From assembly GCF_016127575.1 (NCBI RefSeq), contig NZ_CP066019.1:1230001-1262000 (forward strand): a stretch of 32,000 bases of DNA, written 5' to 3'. The position numbers were made by a program, and so were the translations under genes. This document shows positions 14,738 to 23,782 of the stretch, piece after piece. How positions within the stretch are numbered: the stretch's first letter is position 1; each line of letters opens with the position of its first letter. Below the pieces are notes generated by a model. It saw nothing but the letters and a program-made list of their open reading frames with translations. It did not search any database and was not told the origin of the DNA. The stretch comes from Cupriavidus necator (GTDB lineage: Bacteria; Pseudomonadota; Gammaproteobacteria; Burkholderiales; Burkholderiaceae).

Positions 14738-16792
14738 TTAAGGATTCAGCGTGGACAGCGGCTGGCGTGCGCCGGTGATGGCCTTCAGCTCGTCCAGCGA
14801 CAGCACGCGCGTCCACATCGCCAGGTCGTTGAAGCCCATCACGCCCTTGAGCGCGCCGGGGTTGTTGCCCACGTAGTTGTGCGTGGCATCGTCGTTCACG
14901 CCCCAGCCGGTGCCGAGCCCGGCCAGCTTGGTCACGTCGGTATTGGTGATCGCCTTGTTCTCGGTCCTCTGCAGGCCCAGCACCGGATCGATGACATAGG
15001 CGCTGAAGCGCCTGGCTGCCGCGTCGACCGACAGCGCCAGGTAGGCCCACTGGTTGGCCGACACCTTCATGCCGTTGATGTCGTCGCGCTTGCCGCTGCC
15101 GCTGCCCAGGTTGAAACGGATCTCGCAGCTGCCGAACAGCGCCACGGCAATGCCGGGGTTGCCGCCCGAGATGTAGTTCTTGTTGGACAGGATGGGCTCG
15201 CCGGTGCCGTTGCCCTGGGCGCAGTCGGTGCGGAACCAGAAGCCGATGGTGAACTGCGGGCTCTGCGTGATATCGGCGGCAGCGTTGTACGCCAGCTTGT
15301 AGCTGTCGACACGCGAGTCCAGCTGCAGCGACTGGCCGCTGAAGTTGTCGGCAGCCAGCGTGCCGCCGTCAAGGCTTGCCGCCCACGGGCCGAGCGTGGC
15401 GGCGTTCTTCGCATCGGCGAACGGCTTGCTGTCGAGGCTGAAGTACGTGGCCAGGCCATTGAGCAGCGTCGGCGCCAGCATGACCGGCTTGACGTAGTGG
15501 ATCTGCGCCAGGTACGACACCGGCACGTCATTGCGCACCAGCGTGTAGTTGAACTGGTACAGGCCCGTGGCCATGTTGAAGGCCTTGTCGGTGAACTGCC
15601 GCACCTCAGGTCCCAGCGAGGCGATCTGCACGCCGTCGCGCAGCACGCGGGTGACGCCGAAGGCTTCGGTCGGGTTCTGCCAGCTCAGCGTGATGGCGTC
15701 GTTGTACTGGCTGATGCTGGCGCCGATGGCTCGCACGCCTGCGTTGGCGGTGGTCAGCGCCGAACCGTCCAGCCGCGTGGTGGCCGGGTCAAGCGCCACG
15801 CCGGCGTGGGCCAGCACGGTCGGGACGAGATCGGCTTCGGTCGGCAGCGCCGACAGGTCCGCCGGGGTGTCCGGCGCTGCTGCGCCAGGTTTGGCCAGCG
15901 CGCCGTTGAGCGCCTTGTTGGTGGCGAGGAAGGCGGTGCGGTTCTCCACCGTCGGCACCGTGGTGGTGGCGCCGGTGGCATCCAGGCCGTGGCTGGTGGT
16001 GACCATCACCAGCCAGTCTTCACCCGGCTGCCCCTGGCTGCGCGCTGCGACGGCGCCGAGCAGCTCGCCCAGCGCCTTGTCGATGCCGGCCAGGGCCGTG
16101 GCATAGGCGCCGTTGCCGAAGCCGCCGGCTTCTGCCGCCTGTGCCGGCGCGCTGTATTGCGCAAACACTACGCCATAGCCGGACTGCACCTGCCGCACGG
16201 CGTTCTGCGTGACGCAGCTGTCGACCCCGGCGCAGTCAACCAGCGTATCGAGCATGCCCGCTTCCTGCTCGGCCTTGAGCAGGCCCGGCAGCACCCCCGA
16301 ACTGGTGGATGCGCCTTGCTGCAGGCCGGGTTTGCCGGCCGCGCGCAGGTAGCGGAATACGGTGGGGGCCTGCAGTGCGGTGCTGCCGGTATCGTCTTCG
16401 ATGCCGTGGCGGTTGGCCCAGGCGCCGGTCAGCACCGTGGCCCAGCTGGGCGCGTCCAGCGGCGGCTGCGCGGTGATGGTGCCGGGCATGCCGCCGGTGG
16501 CGGTGGGCACCAGGTTCAGCCGGGCCAGGTTGGGCAGCTCGCGCCGCAGCAGCGCGCCCTGCACCTGGGCATAGGTGGCACCGTCCACGCCGACCAGCAG
16601 CACGCGCGGGCCGCCGGCACCGGCAGGCGGCGGGGTCTTGATGGTGGTGTCGTTCGGTGCGGTTGTCGGCGCGGTGTCATCGCCGCCGCCGCAGCCGGCC
16701 AGTGTTGCCGCCAGTGCGGCGATCATGGTGGCGGCCAGCACACGGCCGCGCGACATCCCCGCCAGCCTGTCCGGTGCAAGGTTCCCTGCCAT
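14738..16792 (-). CDS. Lipoprotein: alkaline-phosphatase/nucleotide-pyrophosphatase-like domain fused to a C-terminal LamG (concanavalin-like) domain
   Basis: Lipobox LAGC-GGGDD. The N-terminal half has VLLVGVDGATY, APSWATVLTG..HGI and VTTSHG motifs. The C-terminal half has FTIGFWFR...NQWAYLALSVD, a Laminin_G_3-like pattern. The start may be 16792 or the Met at 16756. Confidence 0.7.
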   Translation of the reverse strand: MAGNLAPDRLAGMSRGRVLAATMIAALAATLAGCGGGDDTAPTTAPNDTTIKTPPPAGAGGPRVLLVGVDGATYAQVQGALLRRELPNLARLNLVPTATGGMPGTITAQPPLDAPSWATVLTGAWANRHGIEDDTGSTALQAPTVFRYLRAAGKPGLQQGASTSSGVLPGLLKAEQEAGMLDTLVDCAGVDSCVTQNAVRQVQSGYGVVFAQYSAPAQAAEAGGFGNGAYATALAGIDKALGELLGAVAARSQGQPGEDWLVMVTTSHGLDATGATTTVPTVENRTAFLATNKALNGALAKPGAAAPDTPADLSALPTEADLVPTVLAHAGVALDPATTRLDGSALTTANAGVRAIGASISQYNDAITLSWQNPTEAFGVTRVLRDGVQIASLGPEVRQFTDKAFNMATGLYQFNYTLVRNDVPVSYLAQIHYVKPVMLAPTLLNGLATYFSLDSKPFADAKNAATLGPWAASLDGGTLAADNFSGQSLQLDSRVDSYKLAYNAAADITQSPQFTIGFWFRTDCAQGNGTGEPILSNKNYISGGNPGIAVALFGSCEIRFNLGSGSGKRDDINGMKVSANQWAYLALSVDAAARRFSAYVIDPVLGLQRTENKAITNTDVTKLAGLGTGWGVNDDATHNYVGNNPGALKGVMGFNDLAMWTRVLSLDELKAITGARQPLSTLNP

Positions 16793-16891
16793 CTTTGATT
16801 CCCCTGTTCATCTGCGTTGTTGTGCGCTGCGGCAGGTGCCGCATGGCGGATTGCGTTTGCCGCAATGCGCTCGCAGAGTAAGAACCGGGGT

Positions 16892-16907
16892 TGTCACCGT
16901 GGTGACA
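16892..16907. promoter_or_regulatory. 16-bp palindrome TGTCACC-GT-GGTGACA upstream of the phosphodiesterase-LamG gene
   Basis: Read directly. It lies about 100 nt upstream of the ATG at 16792 and 62 nt downstream of the GntR gene stop. It has a GT-N-AC type core. Confidence 0.4.
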
Positions 16908-16968
16908 GCGGGGCAAAGAATGCTGATGGGGCTATTCGGATTCTTGGGGTGAGGGTGGCGCCAGCGTC

Positions 16969-17688
16969 CTATGCCTGGGGCGTGCCAACGGCATCGCCTG
17001 CCTGGATCAGCAGCACCGCGTCGCGCTTGTCCAGGAGGTGCTGGCGCAGGATGGCCGCAAGCCGCTTGCCGTCGCGTGCTTCAAGTGCCTGCAGCATCTC
17101 TTCGTGGTCGCGGATGGCGCTGTCCCACTTCGGCTTCTGATAGTTGGAGCGGAAGCGCAGTGCCTGCAGTCGCCGGTTCACAGACAGATAGGTCTGGCGC
17201 AGCGCCGAATTGCGGGCCGCCAGGTTGATGCGGTCATGGATCTGGTGGTTGATGCGGTAATAGCCGGGCAGGTCGTCATTTGCCCGGCAGGCCAGCATCG
17301 CATAGTGCAGGGCCTTGATCTCGGCCAGTTCCACGGTCGTGATGCGTTCACAGGCCAGTTCGCCGGAAAACGCTTCCAGCCCGCTCATCAGCTCAAACGT
17401 GTCCTGGATCTCCGCCCCGGACAGGCGCGAAACGGTTGCCCCGCGGTTGGGCGAGATATCGATCAGGCCCTCTGCCGCCAGCACCTTCAGGGCCTCGCGC
17501 AGCGGCGTGCGGGAGATGCCCAGGGTCTCGCACAGTTCGCGCTCATTGAGCTTCCTGCCCGGTTCCAGGGTGCCCTCGACGATGAACGTGCGCAGGTGGG
17601 CCACCACGGTGTCGTGCAAGCGTTGCCGTTCGAGCCTGGGCAGTACGGGGGCCGGCGAATCCGTGCCAGAAGTTGCGACAATTTGCAT
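16969..17688 (-). CDS. GntR-family (FadR/FCD subfamily) transcriptional regulator
   Basis: wHTH LNERELCETLGISRTPLREALKVLAAEGLI plus a helical C-terminal FCD-like domain. Confidence 0.9.
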   Translation of the reverse strand: MQIVATSGTDSPAPVLPRLERQRLHDTVVAHLRTFIVEGTLEPGRKLNERELCETLGISRTPLREALKVLAAEGLIDISPNRGATVSRLSGAEIQDTFELMSGLEAFSGELACERITTVELAEIKALHYAMLACRANDDLPGYYRINHQIHDRINLAARNSALRQTYLSVNRRLQALRFRSNYQKPKWDSAIRDHEEMLQALEARDGKRLAAILRQHLLDKRDAVLLIQAGDAVGTPQA

Positions 17689-17694
17689 TCAAAA
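17682..17694 (+). promoter_or_regulatory. 13-mer box TTTGCATTCAAAA (copy A, overlaps the gntR start codon)
   Basis: The exact 13-mer recurs at 17838..17850 within the same divergent intergenic region. Confidence 0.4.
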
Positions 17695-17837
17695 TTCCTA
17701 TCGCGTGATTGCGTTCAATTTTAGCAGACCCTTAACTGGAACTCAAAAACGCAAGTAAACCCTTGTATTGTGGGGTAAACGCTAGAGAATTTCGGCGCAA
17801 TCCCGGCTGTTTTCCCGTCACTCCTCTGATAAAGTAT

Positions 17838-17850
17838 TTTGCATTCAAAA
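17838..17850 (+). promoter_or_regulatory. 13-mer box TTTGCATTCAAAA (copy B, just upstream of the aminotransferase RBS)
   Basis: Exact repeat of 17682..17694, in the same orientation. Confidence 0.4.
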
Positions 17851-17868
17851 CTCAACAGGAGGAGTCAA

Positions 17869-19089
17869 ATGCTTAATCTCAACTTCCATCCCGCCGGCCG
17901 CCACTTCCTGCAGATCCCCGGGCCGAGCCCGGTTCCCGATCGCATCCTGCGCGCCATCAGCTATCCGACCATCGATCATCGCGGCCCGGAATTCGGCGCG
18001 CTGGGCCTCAAGGTGCTGGACGGCATCAAGAAGATCTTCAAGACCGAGCAGCCGGTGGTGATCTATCCGGCTTCGGGCACGGGGGCCTGGGAAGCGGCGC
18101 TGTCGAACACGCTGAGCCCTGGTGACACGGTGCTGATGTTCGAGACCGGCCACTTCGCCACGCTGTGGAAGAAGATGGCCGAGAACCTGGGTATCAAGCC
18201 CGAATTCCTCGGCCTGCCGGGCGTGGAGGGCTGGCGCCACGGGGTGCAGGCCGACATGATCGAGGCCCGCCTGCGTGCCGACAGCGCGCATGTGATCAAG
18301 GCGGTGTGCGTGGTGCACAACGAGACCTCGACTGGCGTGACCTCGGATATCGCCGCCGTGCGCCGCGCCATCGATGCGGCCGGACACCCGGCGCTGCTGC
18401 TGGTCGACACCATCTCGGGGCTGGCGTCCGCCGATTACCGGCATGACGAGTGGGGCGTGGATGTGACCGTGTCCGGCTCGCAGAAGGGCCTGATGCTGCC
18501 GCCTGGCATCAGCTTCAATGCGGTCTCGCCCAAGGCCATCGCAGCTTCCCGCACGGCCCGGCTGCCGCGCAGCTTCTGGGGCTGGGATGAAATCATCGAG
18601 ATGAACCGGACCGGCTACTGGCCCTATACCCCCAGCACGAACCTGCTTTATGGCCTGTCCGAAGCCCTCGACATGATCCTTGAGGAAGGGCTGGACAACG
18701 TCTTCACCCGCCACCAGCGCCTGGCCGAAGCCTGCCGCCGCGCGGTCAAGGCCTGGGGCCTGGAGATCCAGTGCGCGGACCCGGCCGTCTACAGCCCGGT
18801 GCTGACCGGCGTGATGATGCCCGAGGGGATCGACGCGGACGTGGTGCGCAGGAACATCTATGACCGCTTCAACATGTCGCTCGGCGCCGGCCTGGGCAAG
18901 GTCAAGGGCCGCATGTTCCGTATCGGCCATCTGGGCGACTGCAACGACCTCACGCTGATGGCCACGCTGGCCGGCTGCGAGATGGGCCTGAAGATCTCGG
19001 GCGTTTCGCTCGCGGGCAGCGGCACCGTTGCCGCCATGGACTATCTCGCCACGCACGCGACGCCGCTGCCGCTCAAGGCTGCCGCCTGA
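17869..19089 (+). CDS. Class V PLP aminotransferase (serine-glyoxylate / alanine-glyoxylate type)
   Basis: AGGAGGAG RBS. Product starts MLNLNFHPAGRHFLQIPGPSPVPDRIL. PLP-lysine motif SGSQKGLMLPPG. Confidence 0.85.
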   Translation: MLNLNFHPAGRHFLQIPGPSPVPDRILRAISYPTIDHRGPEFGALGLKVLDGIKKIFKTEQPVVIYPASGTGAWEAALSNTLSPGDTVLMFETGHFATLWKKMAENLGIKPEFLGLPGVEGWRHGVQADMIEARLRADSAHVIKAVCVVHNETSTGVTSDIAAVRRAIDAAGHPALLLVDTISGLASADYRHDEWGVDVTVSGSQKGLMLPPGISFNAVSPKAIAASRTARLPRSFWGWDEIIEMNRTGYWPYTPSTNLLYGLSEALDMILEEGLDNVFTRHQRLAEACRRAVKAWGLEIQCADPAVYSPVLTGVMMPEGIDADVVRRNIYDRFNMSLGAGLGKVKGRMFRIGHLGDCNDLTLMATLAGCEMGLKISGVSLAGSGTVAAMDYLATHATPLPLKAAA

Positions 19090-19207
19090 CGCAGTCACTG
19101 CCTTCCGAGACGGGGGCGGGCGCCGCGCGTGCGCAACGCCCCCGCCGGACTGGTCGCAACGGATCAGCGCAGCACTGCCGTACCTGACAAAAAACAGAGG
19201 AGACGCT

Positions 19208-20512
19208 GTGGATACAACCCTGCAGGCGGGAACAAAGATCAGGACGTTCGAGGATGCGACCTATCGCAAGGTGAGCTGGAGGCTGGTGCCATTCCTGATG
19301 GTCTGCTTCCTGATCGCTTATCTCGATCGCGTCAACGTAGGTTTTGCCAAGCTCCAGATGTCGCAGCAACTGGGCTTCAGCGAAACCGTCTACGGGCTGG
19401 GCGCCGGGATTTTCTTTATCGGCTACTTCCTGTTCGAGGTGCCTAGCAACCTGGCATTGCACAAGTTCGGCGCCAAGGTGTGGATCGGCCGGATCATGAT
19501 CACGTGGGGGATACTCTCTGCGTGCTTTGCGTTCGTGCAGACGCCAACCCAGTTCTACACGCTGCGCTTCCTGCTGGGCCTGGCCGAAGCCGGCTTCACG
19601 CCAGGCATCGTGTACTACCTGTCGTGCTGGTACCCGTCGCACCGGCGTGCCAAGATCATGGCCATCTACTGCATGGGCTCGCCGCTGTCCGGCATCATCG
19701 GCAACCCGCTGTCCGGCTTCCTGATGGGCAGCATGGCCGGCGTGTCTGGCCTGGGCGGCTGGCAATGGATGTTCGTCATCGAGGCGGTGCCGGCGGTGCT
19801 GCTGGGGTGCTTCTGCTTCTACTACCTGGACAACTCCATTGCCAAGGCCAATTGGCTGACCAGCGCGGAGAAGCAGGTCCTTGAACTGGCCAAGTCGGAA
19901 GACGTCAAGGCGGTGGACCCGCAGGCACGCGTCGGCAAGGTGTTTACCGATCCGCGCGTCTGGCTGATCAGCCTGATCTGCTTCTGCTATGTCACTGGCC
20001 AGTACGGCATCACGCTCTGGCTGCCCACGTTCATCAGGTCGACCGGTGTCAGCGACCCGCTCCATATCGGCATGCTGAGCGCGATACCGTATATGGCGGC
20101 CATTGTCTCGATGTACTTCTTCGGCCGCAGCGCCGACAAGCACCGCGAGCGGCGCTGGCATTTGATCATCCCGTGCATGATGGGCGCGATCGGTTTCCTG
20201 GCGTTGCCCTGGGTCATGCACAACACCGCGCTGTCCCTGGTGTTCCTGTCGATCGCCGCAGCCGGCATCCTGACCTGCACGCCGCTGTTCTGGTCCCTGC
20301 CGACGGCTTTCCTCAGCGGCGCGGCGTTGGCCACGGCCATCGCCATGAGCAACTCGATCGGCAACCTTGCCGGCTTTACCAGCGGCTACATGATCGGCTA
20401 CCTGCGCGACGTGACCCAGAGCGGCAACAGTGCTTACTACATGATTGCCGGGATGCTGATGCTGGGTGCGTTCTGCATCTGGACAATACCTGCCCGCCTG
20501 GTCAACCGATAG
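19208..20512 (+). CDS. MFS transporter, anion:cation symporter (ACS) type
   Basis: GTG start after AGAGGAGA, in frame with track ORF 19028..20512. It has the LDRVNVGFAKLQM signature and multiple TM segments. Confidence 0.8.
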   Translation: MDTTLQAGTKIRTFEDATYRKVSWRLVPFLMVCFLIAYLDRVNVGFAKLQMSQQLGFSETVYGLGAGIFFIGYFLFEVPSNLALHKFGAKVWIGRIMITWGILSACFAFVQTPTQFYTLRFLLGLAEAGFTPGIVYYLSCWYPSHRRAKIMAIYCMGSPLSGIIGNPLSGFLMGSMAGVSGLGGWQWMFVIEAVPAVLLGCFCFYYLDNSIAKANWLTSAEKQVLELAKSEDVKAVDPQARVGKVFTDPRVWLISLICFCYVTGQYGITLWLPTFIRSTGVSDPLHIGMLSAIPYMAAIVSMYFFGRSADKHRERRWHLIIPCMMGAIGFLALPWVMHNTALSLVFLSIAAAGILTCTPLFWSLPTAFLSGAALATAIAMSNSIGNLAGFTSGYMIGYLRDVTQSGNSAYYMIAGMLMLGAFCIWTIPARLVNR

Positions 20513-20605
20513 CGAGACAAGGCGGGGTGCGGCACCGTGCCGCTGCCCCGCCTGCCCATCATCTCGCAAACACTTCGCGCCCTTGCCGGCGCATGGAAGG
20601 CTCTC

Positions 20606-22132
20606 ATGACAAACTCGTACCAACCGGTGCCAGACGGCCCCGGCCATCACGCGCCGTTCAGCGTGGTGGAAGCCACCGTTGCCAGCGCGCATGCCGCGAT
20701 GCGCGACGGCAGGCTGACGGCGCGCCAACTGGCCAGCGCCTGCCTCGCGCGCATCTCGGCCTATGATCAGGACGGTCCCGCCCTGCGCAGCATCCTGCAG
20801 CGCAACCCGCAGGCGCTGGAAGAGGCCGGCCGCATCGACGCCGTGGCGGGCCGCAACCCCACACGGCCGCTGGCGCCGCTGCATGGCATCCCGGTGCTGG
20901 TCAAGGACAACATCGAATGCGGCGGCATGGAAACCACCGCCGGCGCCGCCTGCCTGCGCGGCAACCTGTCCGCCGACGATGCCTTCGTCATCCGCCGGCT
21001 GCGCGAGGCGGGTGCCATCGTCCTGGCCAAGACCAACCTGCACGAGCTTGCCTCCGGCGGCGAGACGGTCAGCACCTTGTCCGGCCAGACCCTCAATCCC
21101 TATGACCTGACCCGCACGCCCGGCGGTTCCAGCGGCGGCACCGGCGCCGGCATCGCAGCCAGCTTCGGCCTGCTCGGCATCGGCACCGACGGGGTCAATT
21201 CCATCCGCTCGCCGGCCTCGGCCAACAACCTGGTCGGCCTGCGTCCGACCATGGGCCTGGTCAGCCGGGCCGGGCTGGTCCCTTGCGGGCTGACGCAGGA
21301 CACCATCGGCCCGATCACCCGTACCGTCGCCGATACGGCGCTGCTGCTCGATGTCATCGCCGGCCATGACCCGGCCGACCCGGTCACCAGCCAGGGCGCG
21401 CCCCACATCCCGGCGAGCTATGCCGCCAGCCTCGACCGCGACGGACTCAGGGGGGCGCGCATCGGCGTGTTGCGCCATTTCTTCGGCGACCAGGATGTGC
21501 ATCGTCCCGTCAACGCCGTGATGCAGGCAGCGCTGGCCACCATCGCTGCACAAGGCGCCGAGCTGATCGCGATTGAAGACGCCATCAGCCCGGACGAGCT
21601 GCTCGCGTCCACGCTTGTGCACCACTACGAGATGGAGCGCGATCTCGATGCCTACCTGGCGGGGCTGCCCCCCGGCGTCCCGGTGCGATCGATGCAGGAC
21701 ATCATCGCTGCCGGTTCTGTCCATCCAAGCGTGGCGGGCACCCTTACCACCGCGGCAGCGCTGAGCGAGCGGGAGGGGGAGTACCGCGAACGCCTGCAGC
21801 GCCAGCAGGCATTGCGCCAGCGGCTGCAGGACCTGATGGCGCGGCATCGGCTTGACGCGCTGGCATTTCCGCACCAGCGGCGCCTGGTGGCGCCGGTCGG
21901 CGAGACCCAGGCGGAGCGCAATGGCGTGCTCGCGTCGGCCACCGGCTTTCCGGCCATCGTGATTCCGGCCGGATTCTCGGCGCCGGACGGCAATGCCCCC
22001 CAAGGCGTACCGGTCGGCCTGGAGTTCTTTGGCCTGCCTTTCACCGAACCCGTGCTGATACGGCTGGCCTATGCGGCCGAGCAGGCCTTGCGCGCGCGCC
22101 GGCCGCCGCATTCGACGCCGGCGCTGGAATAG
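20606..22132 (+). CDS. Amidase (amidase-signature family)
   Basis: Lys motif VLVKDNI and signature GGSSGGTGAGIAA. The ATG at 20606 is preceded by GGAAGG. Confidence 0.85.
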   Translation: MTNSYQPVPDGPGHHAPFSVVEATVASAHAAMRDGRLTARQLASACLARISAYDQDGPALRSILQRNPQALEEAGRIDAVAGRNPTRPLAPLHGIPVLVKDNIECGGMETTAGAACLRGNLSADDAFVIRRLREAGAIVLAKTNLHELASGGETVSTLSGQTLNPYDLTRTPGGSSGGTGAGIAASFGLLGIGTDGVNSIRSPASANNLVGLRPTMGLVSRAGLVPCGLTQDTIGPITRTVADTALLLDVIAGHDPADPVTSQGAPHIPASYAASLDRDGLRGARIGVLRHFFGDQDVHRPVNAVMQAALATIAAQGAELIAIEDAISPDELLASTLVHHYEMERDLDAYLAGLPPGVPVRSMQDIIAAGSVHPSVAGTLTTAAALSEREGEYRERLQRQQALRQRLQDLMARHRLDALAFPHQRRLVAPVGETQAERNGVLASATGFPAIVIPAGFSAPDGNAPQGVPVGLEFFGLPFTEPVLIRLAYAAEQALRARRPPHSTPALE

Positions 22133-22241
22133 GCGCGCGCCGGAACGACGTTTTATCGCTGCTCTACAAACGCCCGCCGGACACGGCGGCGACAAGGTCG
22201 CGGACATAGCGCGACAACCTCGAAACGAGGAGGAGACAAAG

Positions 22242-23690
22242 ATGGGCGCAGAAACAGTAGTTCAATCGCCGAATTCCCCACAGCAGCATGAGCTCGACCG
22301 GGCCATGGATGGCATCGGGGTGACGGCATCGCACAAGAAGATCATCCTCATGATCATGCTCGGGGTGATGTTCGATGTCTTCGAACAGAACGCCGTCGGC
22401 CTGATCGGCCCCATGCTGCGCGAGCAGTGGGGCATCTCGGTGGCGGAGATCGGCTTTCTCAATACGCTGACCTTCAGTGCCGCCGCGCTGGGACGCATCG
22501 GCTCCGGCTATATCGCGGACCGCTACGGCAGGCGCACGATGCTGAGCGCCAACCTGCTGCTGTTCACGCTGGGCGCCATCATCTGCGCGCTGGCACCGAA
22601 CTATGGCGTGCTGGCGGCGGGCCGCTTTATCGTCGGTATCGGCCTGGGCGGGGAGATCTCGATCGCCGTGACCATGCTGGCCGAGCTGTGCTCGACGCGC
22701 TTCCGCGGTACCGCGGTAGGCCTGGTCAGCGTAGGTAGCGGTGGCCTGGGCAATATGCTGGCGCCGGCCTTCGGCCTGGCGGTCTTCGCCATGTTCCCGG
22801 GTCCGGACAGCTGGCGCTGGCTCTTTGCCTGCCTGGTGCTGCCGGCATTCTTCGTCGTGTTCTACCGGCGCTTTATTCCGGAGACGCCGCGCTTCCTGCT
22901 GTCCAAGGGGCGCGTGGACGAGGCCAACCGGGTGCTGTCGGTGCTGGCATCCGGCCGCCTGGGCAAGCTCGACGGCGAGCCGACGCCCTATATCAAGGCC
23001 GCGATCCAGGACGACGCGCCGCGCACCAGGGTGCGCCTGAGCGATATCTTCAAGGGCCGCCTGGGACGGCGCACGATCGCGCTGGGGATTGCGGTGTCCA
23101 TGACGTACGGCGCGCAGATCTCGGTGCTGACGCTGATGCCGACCATCCTGATGTCGCAGGGCTACACCATCTCCAAGAGCTTTCTCTTCACCATGGTGAT
23201 GCAGAGCGGCAGCCTGTTCGGGGCGCTCGCGGCCTCATACTGCGGCTATCACTTTCCGCGCAAGCGGGTGCTGACGACAGGCGCGGGGCTGGCCTGCGCG
23301 GCCGGGTTGTGCTTCGGCTTCCTGACGTATAACGTGGGCCTGGTGCTGCTGTTTGGCGCGTGCTTCACGTTCTGCGTGGTGTTGCTGAACACGTCGATCT
23401 GGATCTTCGCGCCGGAGCAGTATCCCACTCACGTGCGCGCGTTCGGCACCTCGCTGATCCTGGCGCTGGGCACCCTGGCCGGCGCGCTGACGCCGCTGAT
23501 CAGCGGGCGGGTGTTCGAAACCTACGGCGTCGGCGGCATGTTCAGCATGCTCGCGGCGATGTACGCAGTGTTTGCGCTGGCCGTGCAGTTCGCGCCGGAA
23601 ACCTTCGGCCGCGCCATGGGCGAGACCGCCGCCGACGACGAAGCCGTGCCTGCCGTCAGTGGCACCGCGGCCAGCGCCAGCGGTTCCTGA
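22242..23690 (+). CDS. MFS transporter (sugar-porter/metabolite:H+ symporter-like)
   Basis: GAGGAGGAG RBS. It has the GYIADRYGRR motif and about 12 hydrophobic segments. Confidence 0.85.
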   Translation: MGAETVVQSPNSPQQHELDRAMDGIGVTASHKKIILMIMLGVMFDVFEQNAVGLIGPMLREQWGISVAEIGFLNTLTFSAAALGRIGSGYIADRYGRRTMLSANLLLFTLGAIICALAPNYGVLAAGRFIVGIGLGGEISIAVTMLAELCSTRFRGTAVGLVSVGSGGLGNMLAPAFGLAVFAMFPGPDSWRWLFACLVLPAFFVVFYRRFIPETPRFLLSKGRVDEANRVLSVLASGRLGKLDGEPTPYIKAAIQDDAPRTRVRLSDIFKGRLGRRTIALGIAVSMTYGAQISVLTLMPTILMSQGYTISKSFLFTMVMQSGSLFGALAASYCGYHFPRKRVLTTGAGLACAAGLCFGFLTYNVGLVLLFGACFTFCVVLLNTSIWIFAPEQYPTHVRAFGTSLILALGTLAGALTPLISGRVFETYGVGGMFSMLAAMYAVFALAVQFAPETFGRAMGETAADDEAVPAVSGTAASASGS

Positions 23691-23782
23691 GACCGGCCCG
23701 CTCCCGGCAGCGTGCTGCGCGCGCTTGCGGGGAGCGGGATACCGGGCGATATTCATCCCTCATTCAAGGAAATACCCAAGGC

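Noticed and set aside
16885-16912. Pho box upstream of the phosphodiesterase-LamG / PLC cluster.
   Set aside because: Only one CTGTCAC half-site is in direct orientation. The second element is inverted (GTGACAA), so this is a palindrome and not the direct-repeat CTGTCAT-N4-CTGTCAT architecture. It is kept only as a generic operator candidate.
19105-19150. GC-rich hairpins between catabolic genes, as possible terminators or REP elements: CGGGGGCG...CGCCCCCG at about 19111..19144 and CCCGCTCCC...GGGAGCGGG at about 23697..23740.
   Set aside because: Neither is followed by a U tract, and they are not repeated elsewhere in the window. They may modulate mRNA stability, but there is not enough support to call a feature.
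19073-22207. Very long ORFs antisense to confident genes. Examples: 19073..22207(-) at 1044 aa, 12136..14526(+), 14879..16798(+), 597..1922(-), 17845..19098(-), 25635..27149(+), 27469..28383(-), 28472..30106(-), 2729..3820(+), 5422..5961(-) and 7074..7703(-).
   Set aside because: Their products are Arg/Ala/Gly/Pro-rich low-complexity strings with no motifs. Each is the mirror of a gene with clear family signatures. Stop-poor antisense frames are expected in GC-rich DNA.
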